DNA of 64,000 nucleotides from Anaerolineales bacterium (lineage in GTDB: Bacteria > Chloroflexota > Anaerolineae > Anaerolineales > UBA11579). How positions within the stretch are numbered: the first letter of the stretch is position 1; the number at the start of each line of letters is the position of its first letter. Made by a program: the position numbers and the translations under genes. Below the pieces are notes generated by a model, which was not told the origin of the DNA, made no database searches, and saw nothing but the letters and a program-made list of their open reading frames with translations. Location of the stretch: positions 322,234 through 386,233 of the forward strand of contig JAHCIJ010000002.1 in assembly GCA_026129255.1 (NCBI GenBank). Direction: 5' to 3'. Below are positions 35,771-45,042 of the stretch, one piece after another.

Positions 35771-36559
35771 TTTAGCAGTCTTCTTAGCGGCTTTTTTGGT
35801 AGCCGTTTTCTTGGCAGCCGTCTTCTTTGTAGCTTTCTTGGCAGCCTTCTTCACAGTCTTCTTGGCCGGTGCTTTGGCTTTTGTCTTTGCCTTGATTTGG
35901 ATCGTGATTGGCTCAGGCACGCGATTGTGCCTGAACTTTAGCACCCCAGTGATTGGCTCAGGTACAGGTGTGCGCGTGAGCTTTAGCACCAGCGCGCTGA
36001 ACAACAGGAACAGGATGGTGATGCCCACACTGTAGAGGGCCACACCGCCATAGCCACCTTGCTCAATCGGATTCAGGAAACCATAGGGATACCAGTTGGC
36101 CAGCGGGCCGCGCAGCAAAGTGTAGAACAGGTAAGCCAGCGGGTAGATCAACCAGTACAGCCAGGTGTTCTTGGGCAGCTTGTCCTGCGGAGGGTAGACC
36201 AGCCAATCCACCAACGCCATCACCGGGTTGATGTAGTGCACCACCAGGTTGCTCCACGAGTAGAGCGACTCGATGCTGCTGCGCAGCATCACTTCGTAGA
36301 CCAGGCCCACCACCAGGATGAACACCACCGAGCCGCCGCGCAGCATTTCCTGCTTCACGGTGGGCTTGCGGTATTGGATCAGCGTCCAGGCTCCGCTGAG
36401 GTACACAAACACCAGCAGGATGTTTGTGAGGTTGGTGAAGTAGCTGAAGAAATTGGCCGGGCTGCCACCACTGCCCAGATTGAACTGTCTGATCAGGGCG
36501 GCAATCGTCGCTACTCCTAAAATAATGCGTAATGCGATAATGAATTTGCGTTTGTCCAT
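35753..36559 (-). CDS. Pr6Pr-family membrane protein paralog with a longer lysine-rich tail
   Basis: MDKRKFIIALRIILGVATIAALIRQ...FSYFTNLTNILLVFVY...NLVVHYINPVMALVDW... The tail is KAKTKAKAPAKKTVKKAAKKATKKTAAKKTATKKAAKKTAKQKSRR. Confidence 0.6.
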   Translation of the reverse strand: MDKRKFIIALRIILGVATIAALIRQFNLGSGGSPANFFSYFTNLTNILLVFVYLSGAWTLIQYRKPTVKQEMLRGGSVVFILVVGLVYEVMLRSSIESLYSWSNLVVHYINPVMALVDWLVYPPQDKLPKNTWLYWLIYPLAYLFYTLLRGPLANWYPYGFLNPIEQGGYGGVALYSVGITILFLLFSALVLKLTRTPVPEPITGVLKFRHNRVPEPITIQIKAKTKAKAPAKKTVKKAAKKATKKTAAKKTATKKAAKKTAKQKSRR

Positions 36560-36611
36560 TGCGACATTGTAGATGAGGAAACGCTCCTAGGCAATCGCCA
36601 AACGGTGGCTG

Positions 36612-38057
36612 TCAGCGGCGCGCCAGGCTGCGGAAGGGGTTGGGGTGCGCCGCCCGCGCCAGGGGCGCCGCCGCCAGGTGGCCGCTGCCCACATGCAGCA
36701 TCCAGGCCACTGCATCCAGCGTATCGTCGTGCTCGCCGTGCGGCCAGCGCAGCCACTCTTCGCGGAAGCTGCGCAGGAAGGGTGTCTCCACGTCCGCCAC
36801 GCGGGCGCGCCCGCTCTGGAACAGCGGCGCCATACCCGCTTCAAAGCGGCGGCCTTTGCTCTTGCCGCCCGGGTGCAGCGGCAGCAGCGGCAGGCTGGAG
36901 GTGCGCAGCATCAGGTGATAGAACTCCTCGCCTTTGCCCACCGCCTCCACGCCGATCATTTGCGTAGACGGGTACAACGCCGCCAGGGCGCGTAGCTGCT
37001 GCTCGGCTTCACCCTGGCTCACATGGGCGCGGAAGCCATCCACCAGCACGATGCCGCCGCCGGGCAGCACGCGGCCGATGGCCACTGCAAAATAGTCGCG
37101 CTGGCGGCCGTGCAGCTCATCGGCCGTGCTGGCATAGTCCACGCCCATCACCACCGGCCAGGCGATCTGGATCTTCTCGTGCGGGTAGGGTTGCAGCCAC
37201 TCGGGCCGCAGGTGCAGACCCTGCGCGGCTTTGAGGTCGAGCAGGTACATGCGCGCAAACTCAGCCTCGCCGCTCAGCTGGCGCAGCTTGCGGATGGCGG
37301 CGGCCGGATACTTGCTGGCCCACTGCGAGCGCCCGTTGCGTAGGATCGGTGTGTTGGCGCTGTGGAAGCGGCCGGTGGCGGCCAGATAGGCCAGCGCGTC
37401 GTTGTCACGCCACGGCGTGCCCACCACCAGCTGCCAGGTCTCCGGCGTGGCCGTGGGCAGGATGGTGCCGGTGAGGATCTTGATCACCATCTCCAGCTCG
37501 CGCGCCGAGCGCGTGTTGTTCTCATCGTGAATATCGTCCAGCAGCAGCAGGCCGGTGGGGTGTTTGCCGATCACGGCGCGTGACTTATAGCCCAGGCCGA
37601 GCAGGGTCGGGTCTTTGCCTTTCTCGCGGGCACAGGTGGCACGCCATTCGGCGTAGTTTGTGACCGCGGTGTTATTGACCTCGTAGCCATCCGCGCCCCA
37701 GCTCACTTTACGGTCCGGCACGATGTGCTTGAACGCGGCCTTCCAGCCCTGATTGTGCTCGATGAGTTCGGCCACCTGGGCGGCGGTGTCGCTAGCGGCG
37801 CGGTCACCCGCCTGGATGATGAGATGACTCTTGTGCGGCTGCTGCCCGATACGGAAGGCGGTGAAGGCGGTGCTCAGCGTAGTGGTCTTGCTGGAGCCGC
37901 GGAAGGCCGTCACCACCAGGCCTTTGTTGGCGGCGCGTGCCGCGTACAGCGGCTCGATCCAATCACGCAGGGCGTGTTTGGGCAGCGGCCGCTGGTAGAG
38001 CAGCTTGTAAAAGTGCGCAAAGCCTTCTGCGCTGTCTGGCAGGTTGTTGGTTTCCAT
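36612..38057 (-). CDS. terL: Phage terminase large subunit (Terminase_6-like ATPase plus RNaseH-like nuclease)
   Basis: Start ATG at 38057 after CAAAGGGGGAATC. Walker A is AFRGSSKTTTLS and Walker B is GLLLLDDIHDE. Nuclease motifs are VMGVDYAST... and GEHDDTLDAVAWML. The upstream part of the listed ORF has no coding character. Confidence 0.85.
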   Translation of the reverse strand: METNNLPDSAEGFAHFYKLLYQRPLPKHALRDWIEPLYAARAANKGLVVTAFRGSSKTTTLSTAFTAFRIGQQPHKSHLIIQAGDRAASDTAAQVAELIEHNQGWKAAFKHIVPDRKVSWGADGYEVNNTAVTNYAEWRATCAREKGKDPTLLGLGYKSRAVIGKHPTGLLLLDDIHDENNTRSARELEMVIKILTGTILPTATPETWQLVVGTPWRDNDALAYLAATGRFHSANTPILRNGRSQWASKYPAAAIRKLRQLSGEAEFARMYLLDLKAAQGLHLRPEWLQPYPHEKIQIAWPVVMGVDYASTADELHGRQRDYFAVAIGRVLPGGGIVLVDGFRAHVSQGEAEQQLRALAALYPSTQMIGVEAVGKGEEFYHLMLRTSSLPLLPLHPGGKSKGRRFEAGMAPLFQSGRARVADVETPFLRSFREEWLRWPHGEHDDTLDAVAWMLHVGSGHLAAAPLARAAHPNPFRSLARR

Positions 38058-38167
38058 GATTCCCCCTTTGGAATGTGAAACGCGGCTGTGTGGTAGCACA
38101 GACCCGCCACACATGGCCAAAATGGCCGGTATCATCAACTTGCTTGACGGCTCACAAAGGAGGATGG

Positions 38168-38746
38168 ATGAAGCTGCGTACATTCTTCGTAGGGCTGCTG
38201 GCTGTGCTGTTGGCCGCCTGCCAACCGGCGCCCCAGCCAACGACGCCGCCCACGGCGCGGCAAACTGTGTTGCCCACGCCGCGGCCAACCCGCACGCCTA
38301 CCGCGGCGCCCAGCGCGGCGCCCAGCGCCACGCGGGCGCTGGACGCGCTGCAAGCGGCCATTGCGCAGCAGGATGCAGCGGCCATCGTTGCCTTGGTCAA
38401 TATGGACTACCGCTTTGGCTACGCCTCTTATATTGAAGGCGGCCAATCCGTAACATTGGATGAATTCCGTGCTGATCTGGAAGCGCGCCTGCCCAGCGTG
38501 CCGGTTTGCCTGGGTTATTGGGAAGAGGACAATACCCTGCAGGTGTGGTTCGAGGGCTGGTCACCCGCTTGGGAGATCCACGAGCACTGCTACGCAGAGT
38601 GCCAGCCATTGGATGAGATCTGGTACAGCACTACCGCGGGCTTCTTGCTCAATAACGAGGAGGGTGCATGGGTGCTTAAGGCGTTGTTTCTAAATGAGCC
38701 GGGGGCTTATTACTACCGAGAGGTAGCTTTACAAGCCTGTGACTAG
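38168..38746 (+). CDS. Hypothetical lipoprotein
   Basis: AAAGGAGGA RBS. MKLRTFFVGLLAVLLAACQP has a lipobox, followed by a PT-rich linker. Confidence 0.6.
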   Translation: MKLRTFFVGLLAVLLAACQPAPQPTTPPTARQTVLPTPRPTRTPTAAPSAAPSATRALDALQAAIAQQDAAAIVALVNMDYRFGYASYIEGGQSVTLDEFRADLEARLPSVPVCLGYWEEDNTLQVWFEGWSPAWEIHEHCYAECQPLDEIWYSTTAGFLLNNEEGAWVLKALFLNEPGAYYYREVALQACD

Positions 38747-38823
38747 GTGACTGCCCTCACAACCGGAGCGCGCCTCTGCTATAATGAAGCGACTTTAGGC
38801 CCTGCCACTGCAGGGTCTTTTTA

Positions 38824-40692
38824 ATGGAAAGACTTATGCAAAAATCTCGTACTGATCTCCGTAATATTGCCATTATTGCCCATGTAGACCATGGGAAGAC
38901 CACCCTGGTGGATGGCCTGCTGCGCCAGGCGCGTGTGTTCCGTGACAATCAGCAGGTAGCTGAGCGCATCATGGACTCCAATGACCTGGAGCGTGAGCGC
39001 GGCATCACCATCTTGTCCAAGAACACCGCTGTGCAGATCACCGACCCGGCCAGCGGCCAGCTCGTCAAGATCAACATCGTAGACACCCCCGGCCATGCCG
39101 ACTTTGGCGGCGAGGTGGAGCGCGTGATGAACATGGTGGACGGTGTGCTGCTGCTGGTGGACGCTGCCGAAGGCCCGCGTCCGCAGACCCGCTTTGTGCT
39201 CAAGAAAGCGCTGGAGCTGGGCCTGCGCGCCATCGTGGTTATCAACAAAGTAGACCGCCGCGATGCGGATGTGGCCCGCACGCTCAACGATACTTTTGAC
39301 CTGTTCGTAGACCTCGGTGCCACAGACGAGCAAGCCGATTTCCCGGTGGTGTACGCCGTCGGCTCGCAGCAGCGTGCTGGCCTGACCCCCGAGCTCGGCC
39401 CAGACCTGCAGCCTCTGTTCGAGACGATCCTCAAAGAAGTGCCGCCGCCGCTGGTGGACGCGGACGCACCCCTGCAGATGCTGGTCACCACGCTGGACTA
39501 TGACAATTACCGCGGCCAAACCGCCATCGGCCGCATCTTTGCCGGCCGCATGCAGGTCAACCAGCCGGTGATGCGCATCAAGCTCGATGGGCAGCAACTG
39601 CCCGAGGTGCTGCGCTACCTGTACCTGCAAGATGGCTTGCAGCGCGTCGAAGTGCAAGAGGCCAACGCCGGCGACATTGTCGCCGTGGCGGGCCTGGAAG
39701 GCATCGGCATCGGCGAGACGCTGGCCGACCGCGAGCAGCCCGTGGCGCTGCCCGGCATCCATGTCGAGGAGCCCACCGTACGCATGGCCTTCGGCGTCAA
39801 CACGTCGCCCTTTGCCGGGCGCGAGGGCAAATGGGGCACCAGCCGCAAACTGCGCGAGCGCTTGTACAACGAGCTGCGCAGCAACCTCTCGCTGCGCGTG
39901 CAGGATACCGATAGCGCCGACACCTTCATCGTCTCCGGACGCGGCGAGTTGCATCTGGCGATCCTCATCGAAACCATGCGCCGTGAAGGCTACGAGTTTC
40001 ACGTGGCCCGCCCCGAAGTGATCCTCAAAAAAGACGACGAGGGCAATATGCTCGAGCCGTTTGAAGAAGTGCACATTGAAACCAGCCCGGAGACGGCCGG
40101 TGTGGTGGTGGAGATGATGGGCAAGCGCCGCGGCGAAATGCAGCAGATGATAGAAGGCCCCGGTGGAAGCACCCTGATGACCTTTGTCGTGCCTACGCGC
40201 GGCTTGCTGGGCTTCCGCCAGCAGTTCCTCACTGCCACGCGCGGCCGCGGCATCATGAACACCCTCTTCGCCGGCTACCGGCCAGTGGCCGGGGTGATCA
40301 CCTCGCGGGCGCGCGGCTCGCTGATCGCCTATGAGACCGGCATGGCGGTCACGTATGGTTTGCGCGCCGCCGAGGAGCGCGGCACGCTGTACATCGCCGC
40401 CGGCACCGAAGTCTACGCCGGCATGGTGGTGGGCGAGCAACCGCGCGAGGGTGACCTTGAGGTCAATGTGTGCAAGACCAAGAAGCTCACCGGTGTGCGC
40501 GCCGACTCGCGTGGCGAGATCGAGCAGCGCCTCTCGCCGCCGCGCATCATGAGCCTGGACGAAGCCATTGAGCAGCTCGGTGATGATGAGCTGCTGGAAG
40601 TTACGCCGCAGAGTCTGCGCATCCGCAAGAAGATCCTGGATATGCATGTGCGCGGCCGCGAAACCAAGCGCGCCAAGCAGGCACTTGAATAG
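38824..40692 (+). CDS. typA: Translational GTPase TypA/BipA
   Basis: [19 protein letters not shown]...[14 protein letters not shown]...NKVDR... and a full-length EF-G-like architecture. The start may be the second ATG at 38836. Confidence 0.95.
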   Translation: MERLMQKSRTDLRNIAIIAHVDHGKTTLVDGLLRQARVFRDNQQVAERIMDSNDLERERGITILSKNTAVQITDPASGQLVKINIVDTPGHADFGGEVERVMNMVDGVLLLVDAAEGPRPQTRFVLKKALELGLRAIVVINKVDRRDADVARTLNDTFDLFVDLGATDEQADFPVVYAVGSQQRAGLTPELGPDLQPLFETILKEVPPPLVDADAPLQMLVTTLDYDNYRGQTAIGRIFAGRMQVNQPVMRIKLDGQQLPEVLRYLYLQDGLQRVEVQEANAGDIVAVAGLEGIGIGETLADREQPVALPGIHVEEPTVRMAFGVNTSPFAGREGKWGTSRKLRERLYNELRSNLSLRVQDTDSADTFIVSGRGELHLAILIETMRREGYEFHVARPEVILKKDDEGNMLEPFEEVHIETSPETAGVVVEMMGKRRGEMQQMIEGPGGSTLMTFVVPTRGLLGFRQQFLTATRGRGIMNTLFAGYRPVAGVITSRARGSLIAYETGMAVTYGLRAAEERGTLYIAAGTEVYAGMVVGEQPREGDLEVNVCKTKKLTGVRADSRGEIEQRLSPPRIMSLDEAIEQLGDDELLEVTPQSLRIRKKILDMHVRGRETKRAKQALE

Positions 40693-40720
40693 TACGTAGC
40701 GCCGCCAGGCGCTACGTACT
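40691..40720 (+). terminator. Strong hairpin after typA (no clear T-tract)
   Basis: agtacgtagcgc-cgccag-gcgctacgtact. Confidence 0.5.
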
Positions 40721-40759
40721 TAGTCAACTAGTCGTTTTGGTCGCTGGCTTGTGGGCAGG

Positions 40760-41070
40760 GTTGTCATGAAGTAGTCCTCCGCTGGATACCCCACCGCTTG
40801 CGGTGGGGAGGAAAGCGGAGTTGTTTTCCCTACCTTAGGGGAGGGAAAACTGAAGAAAGGGTGGGGGAATTTTTAGGTCGTGTCGCCCTGAGCAGAGCGA
40901 AGGGCAATCATAGAGTTGGTAAAAAAAGTCACTACGCAGATGGTAAGTTGTCTGACTTGGAAGTATTTTTTAGAGAAGCAGGCGAGCCGGGCGCAAGGAC
41001 CAAAGCCCCCCGCTTGCGGCGGGGTTCGTTACTGCGAGCGAAGCGAAGCAATCTGCTTCACTCTAGTCAA
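40760..41070. repeat. Cluster of short GC-rich hairpin elements (REP-like) in a ~400-bp intergenic region
   Basis: ctccgctggataccccaccg-cttg-cggtggggaggaaagcggag; gttttccct...agggaaaac; gtcgccctgagcagagcgaagggc (reverse complement of the 26343 element); ccccccgcttgcggcgggg; tgcgagcgaagcgaagcaatct. Confidence 0.7.
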
Positions 41071-41121
41071 TGGTTGACGCAGTGTAGGTGTATAAGTAAG
41101 ATACCCAGGGTTAATGATCCG

Positions 41122-41889
41122 ATGCGAGTACTCAAAGCGGCTGCCTTCTTGGCTATTATTGTGTTTTGTGGCTGGGCCTTGTGGAGCAGCAGCCGTAGCC
41201 CTGCGCCTACGGTGATCTTAGCCATCCCCACGCCAGAGTGCTCGCCGCAAGCCTTGCCGCCCAGCTACTACACCCTGACCAACTCGATGCGCGCCTTTGA
41301 CGATGCCTTGCTGCTGGCGGTCAACTTGCCGCGTGAGCAAGTGGTGCAGCAGGTGGAGCGCTTGCAGGAGCTGCGCCGCACGGTGGAGGCCGAGACCGCC
41401 CCCGCCTGCATGCAGACCTTCAAATCCAGCTTGCTGGCGTACATGAACCGGGTATTGGAGCTGCTGGTAGCCTTTGTGGGCGGCGCCGCCCCAGACTTGG
41501 TGATGCGCGGGCTGACCCAGGCGACCGAGCTACGCCTGCCGATCCAAGAGGCCATCGCCGCCCTCACTGGGGTGACGGTGACCCCGTACCCCACGATGCA
41601 GCCCCTCCCTGAGGCCACCCAGAGCTCGGATGTATCGATCCCTGTCACCGGCGCCAGCACGCTGCAAGCCATCGTAAGCCACACCGAGGGGGTCAACCTG
41701 CGCGAAGGGCCAGGGGTGCTGTTCAGCTTTGATGTGGTGCTGGCGTCTGGCACCCCGCTGCAGGTGCTAGGCAGCGATAGCAGCCGCCAATGGCTGCTGG
41801 TGAGCGACCCTCAGGGGCAGCAGGGCTGGGTTTTCCTGCCGTTGGTGACCCTGGAGGGCGATGTGAACAGCCTGAGTGTGGTTGAGTAG
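41122..41889 (+). CDS. Membrane-anchored protein with a C-terminal SH3b domain
   Basis: MRVLKAAAFLAIIVFCGWALW is the anchor. The C-terminal LQAIVSHTEGVNLREGPGVLFSFDVVLASGTPLQVLGSDSSRQWLLVSDPQGQQGWVF is SH3b. The 5' part of the listed ORF lies in the repeat cluster. Confidence 0.65.
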   Translation: MRVLKAAAFLAIIVFCGWALWSSSRSPAPTVILAIPTPECSPQALPPSYYTLTNSMRAFDDALLLAVNLPREQVVQQVERLQELRRTVEAETAPACMQTFKSSLLAYMNRVLELLVAFVGGAAPDLVMRGLTQATELRLPIQEAIAALTGVTVTPYPTMQPLPEATQSSDVSIPVTGASTLQAIVSHTEGVNLREGPGVLFSFDVVLASGTPLQVLGSDSSRQWLLVSDPQGQQGWVFLPLVTLEGDVNSLSVVE

Positions 41890-42030
41890 CGAATATTTAC
41901 TCATTGACAGAGTACTGAACTCGCTGAACGGGGTTGAGTAAGGAATTTACTCATTGACAGAGTACTAAACTCGCTGAACGGGGTTGAGTAGCGAATATTT
42001 ACTCATTGACAGAGTACTAAACTCCTAGTA
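41882..42030. repeat. About 52-bp tandem repeat x about 2.8, beginning at the stop codon of the SH3 gene
   Basis: ttgagtagcgaatatttactcattgacagagtactgaactcgctgaacgggg / ttgagtaaggaatttactcattgacagagtactaaactcgctgaacgggg / ttgagtagcgaatatttactcattgacagagtactaaactcc... Confidence 0.9.
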
Positions 42031-42034
42031 AATT
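42006..42034 (+). promoter_or_regulatory. Candidate sigma-70 promoter for the beta-helix gene, formed by the last repeat copy
   Basis: TTGACA (42006..42011), a 17-nt spacer, then TAAATT (42029..42034). The two earlier copies keep TTGACA but lack a -10. Confidence 0.45.
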
Positions 42035-42119
42035 ACTAACAATTTTGTAAGCGTGATCCAACCGGCAGGGAACCTACACAGCCGCCACCACGGGGGGTCA
42101 CTAAAAACTAGGAGTATGT

Positions 42120-44510
42120 ATGAACTTCGGATTTCGTTTTAAGCTGTTGAGCGCCCTCACTGCGTTGGTGCTCATTTTTTCGTTGGCGGCGCCGATCACG
42201 GTCTACGCCAATGAACCCACCCCTGAGGAGCCTACAGAAGAAGCGCCCCTGGGTGAAGAAACCCCAGAGGCTGCAGAAGCCTCGGAAACTGAGACTGATC
42301 CCGAAGAGCAGCTCAGCCTGGCCGAAGTGGTGGAAGTGCTGGCGGAAACCGGCACTGTGCTGCTGGACTCTGCGGGCGCAGAGATCCCGATGACTTCGGA
42401 GCTGGCAGTGGCCGCGCTCACGATGCCAGACCCGATCGGCTGCCCGCCGGGCGTCACTCCCGTCACCTGGGGTGGCACGGGTATCGGCTGCACTATCTCC
42501 TATGCTTCCATCCAGGATGCCATCAATGATGCCGCTGTCACCACCGGATGGACGATCTACATTGACCCCGGCACGTTCTTTGAGAATGTCAACGTGAACA
42601 AATCGGTCACGCTGCAAGGTTCTGGCCAGGGCCTCACCATTGTGAAGCCTGCCGTCACCGGCGTGAACACCTGCCAGGGCTCGTGCCCCAGCGCCACCAA
42701 CACCGTGATCCTGGTTTCGGCCAACGGTGTCTCCATCTTTGATCTGACAGTGGATGGGGATAACGAGAATCTTAATAACGGAATCACTGTGGGCGGCGTG
42801 GACGTGAATGCACACAACGGCATCATCACCAACACCCACACCAACCTCACCGTGCAGGATGTCACCGTGAAGAACGTGTATGCACGCGGTATCCAAATGG
42901 GTACCAGCGGCGGCACGTTCAACTTTAGCAACAATACCGTTGACAATGTGCAAGGCGATTTCTTCTCCATGGGCATCTTCGGTTTTACCAGTGGCGGCGT
43001 GATCGATGGCAACACCATCAGCAATGTGGGCGATGGTATCGCCGTCAACTGGTCCACGGGAACACAAATCACCAACAACAGCGTAACCAACGCCAGTAGT
43101 GGTATCCACACTGATAACAGCGCGGGCAACGATGTGATCAGTGGCAACACGATCAGCAACGGCAAGAGCAACTCGTATGGCATCTTCGTGTTCGCGCCGT
43201 ACGGCCCTGTCACAGTGGACAACAACAGCGTGACGAATGTAGATCTGGGCCTGACCCTTGTGGGCAGCGCCGTAAACCCGGCCCCGGAGATCCAATTCTC
43301 CAACAACACGGTGAACGCCAACATCGTCGGCGCCTTGGTAAGTACCGATGTGTGGTACTACTTCAAGAGCGATGCGAAGGCTACCTTCAGCGATAACACC
43401 ATCGCAGGCGGTCTGTACGGCTTGCTGTTGGAAGCGCAGGCCGGCGCTGACTATGTGCCCGGCGGCTATGCCCACAGCTGTGCTGGCGTTGACTGCATGG
43501 TGGAAGTTACCCTGATCTGCAACACCATCACGGGCGGCGTGGTTGAAGCGACCGGGATGGCTTTCTGGGATGGCAACCTCACTCCCAACTACAACGGTAT
43601 CTACCTCGTAGATGACAGCGGCAATGTGTGCACGGTGACCCCGTCACCCACAAGCACTGGCGACGATGATGCTCCAGGGATCGTGCCGCCCGTTGGCACC
43701 CTCGGCGGTTTGTTCATCCCGGTGACTGGTGGCAATACGCGCCTGCTCAACCTGGACACCCCCAGCATCCTGGCGTTGTTGAGCCAGGTGGCCGATAACA
43801 GCTTCCCGTTGGAAGCTGAGGGTGGCCTGTACAGCTTTACTTGTGTGCTCAAGAGCGTGACCACCCTGACGCCTGACCAGTACATCGTGCAGGGTGACAA
43901 GACCATCACCTCCGTGGGCCAGTGCAGCTACTGGGTCAATGGCGTGGAGCGCACCATCACCCTGGCGCTGACCTACCTCGGCCAGGGCGGCAGCTACGAC
44001 CCCGGTGATGTCCTGCTGGTGGGCCTGGATCAGGAAGGCTTTGCGGCCTTCGCCAACAGCGGCAACCCGTTTGACGCCAACAACTTCATGCTGGCCAACT
44101 CCCTGGAACTGAAGGGCAAGACCTTCACCACCGAGTTGGAATCGGCTGCGCTGCGCCAGGCGCTGGAAGAGCACGCCAATGTCAATGTTCCGCTTGAGGA
44201 GCAGGATGGCGAGTACAACCTCTCCTGCGTGCTCGAAGGCGTGACTGAGTTGGATGAGGCCATTACGCTGGAAGACGGCTCGGCGGTCACCGCCCTGGGC
44301 GTGTGCAGTTACCTGGTGGGCGGCGCCAAGCACTCCGTGCTGGTGGCGCTCAACCTGGATGGCCAGGGCGGCTCGTACAGCCCCGGCCAGGTGCTGACGT
44401 TGGGCCTCTCGGGCGACAACGTGGCCAGCTTCGTGGGCACCGGCAACCCTGAGGACCTGAACGGGGTGCTGCAGCCCTCCTCGATCGATACGGACGGCAG
44501 CGTAGACTAA
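42120..44510 (+). CDS. Large secreted protein: signal peptide, acidic linker, right-handed parallel beta-helix (PbH1) repeats, duplicated Cys-containing C-terminal module
   Basis: MNFGFRFKLLSALTALVLIFSLAAPITVYA is the signal. The linker is PEEPTEEAPLGEETPEAAEASETETDPEE. Repeated ..N.V.NV..GI....S.G..I.NN.. turns follow. There are two ~95-aa homologous modules (about 43795..44090 and 44185..44470). Confidence 0.75.
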   Translation: MNFGFRFKLLSALTALVLIFSLAAPITVYANEPTPEEPTEEAPLGEETPEAAEASETETDPEEQLSLAEVVEVLAETGTVLLDSAGAEIPMTSELAVAALTMPDPIGCPPGVTPVTWGGTGIGCTISYASIQDAINDAAVTTGWTIYIDPGTFFENVNVNKSVTLQGSGQGLTIVKPAVTGVNTCQGSCPSATNTVILVSANGVSIFDLTVDGDNENLNNGITVGGVDVNAHNGIITNTHTNLTVQDVTVKNVYARGIQMGTSGGTFNFSNNTVDNVQGDFFSMGIFGFTSGGVIDGNTISNVGDGIAVNWSTGTQITNNSVTNASSGIHTDNSAGNDVISGNTISNGKSNSYGIFVFAPYGPVTVDNNSVTNVDLGLTLVGSAVNPAPEIQFSNNTVNANIVGALVSTDVWYYFKSDAKATFSDNTIAGGLYGLLLEAQAGADYVPGGYAHSCAGVDCMVEVTLICNTITGGVVEATGMAFWDGNLTPNYNGIYLVDDSGNVCTVTPSPTSTGDDDAPGIVPPVGTLGGLFIPVTGGNTRLLNLDTPSILALLSQVADNSFPLEAEGGLYSFTCVLKSVTTLTPDQYIVQGDKTITSVGQCSYWVNGVERTITLALTYLGQGGSYDPGDVLLVGLDQEGFAAFANSGNPFDANNFMLANSLELKGKTFTTELESAALRQALEEHANVNVPLEEQDGEYNLSCVLEGVTELDEAITLEDGSAVTALGVCSYLVGGAKHSVLVALNLDGQGGSYSPGQVLTLGLSGDNVASFVGTGNPEDLNGVLQPSSIDTDGSVD

Positions 44511-44526
44511 GCTGCTGCTTGCAAAC

Positions 44527-44565
44527 AAACAGGGCCGTGCTGCACTAGCAGCACGGCCCTGTTTT
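44527..44565. terminator. Bidirectional intrinsic terminator
   Basis: aaacagggccgtgctgc-acta-gcagcacggccctgtttt. Confidence 0.85.
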
Positions 44566-44582
44566 GTATCCGGCGAAGCGGG

Positions 44583-44963
44583 TCAGCTCTTGCCTTCGAG
44601 CTGCTCCAGACGCTTTTGGGCGCTGATGTCCAGCGAGAGGATCATGGCGCCATCCGGCCAGGGGAGGATCTTGAGGTCAAACCAGCCTTGGCTGCCATCC
44701 GGGTAGGTGAAGTGGTTGAGCATATGGTGGGGTTGGCCGCTTGCCATCACCTCTTTGAGGCGGGCGAACATCTCCGTGTTCTCGATGCCGGGGTAGGCAT
44801 CCATCATGGTCTTGCCCAGTAGATCCTCCCAGCTTTGTTTGCCCTGCTCAAGAATGACTTCATTTAGAAAGAGGTACTTAAAATCCCGGCTGATGATCTG
44901 GCAGCCTTCCAGCAGATGGTTGAAGAAGGCATAGTCTTGTAGTGTGATGCGGTCTTTTTCCAT
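44583..44963 (-). CDS. Stand-alone PAS-domain protein (126 aa)
   Basis: GGAGGGAG RBS before the ATG at 44963. MEKDRITLQDYAFFNHLLEGCQIISRDFKYLFLNEV...GWFDLKILPWPDGAMILSLDISAQKRLE. Confidence 0.65.
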   Translation of the reverse strand: MEKDRITLQDYAFFNHLLEGCQIISRDFKYLFLNEVILEQGKQSWEDLLGKTMMDAYPGIENTEMFARLKEVMASGQPHHMLNHFTYPDGSQGWFDLKILPWPDGAMILSLDISAQKRLEQLEGKS

Positions 44964-45042
44964 GGCTCCCTCCCGTTGGTGCAGGTGATTGCGGCTGCGA
45001 TGCAGTATCTTATAATAACGTGATACGAGGAGATCTCCTACT

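Noticed and set aside
38821-40647. 608-aa ORF on the minus strand opposite typA, and similar long antisense ORFs (e.g. 11160..12173, 17063..18115, 42108..43475, 54856..55986, 6373..7311, 61018..62238, 52462..53775)
   Set aside because: They mirror well-supported genes on the other strand. Their translations are Arg/Ala/Gly/His-rich low-complexity strings with no motifs. Such ORFs are expected antisense artefacts in high-GC DNA.
40798-41121. N-terminal 108-residue extension of the SH3-domain ORF
   Set aside because: The extension lies in the REP-like hairpin cluster and has an implausible sequence. The internal ATG at 41122 gives a normal membrane anchor.
42120-44510. The beta-helix protein as a phage tailspike belonging to the dispersed phage genes
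   Set aside because: It has a clear Sec signal peptide and an acidic linker typical of a secreted cellular protein. It uses a different RBS type and has no head-binding N-domain, so there is no support for a tailspike.
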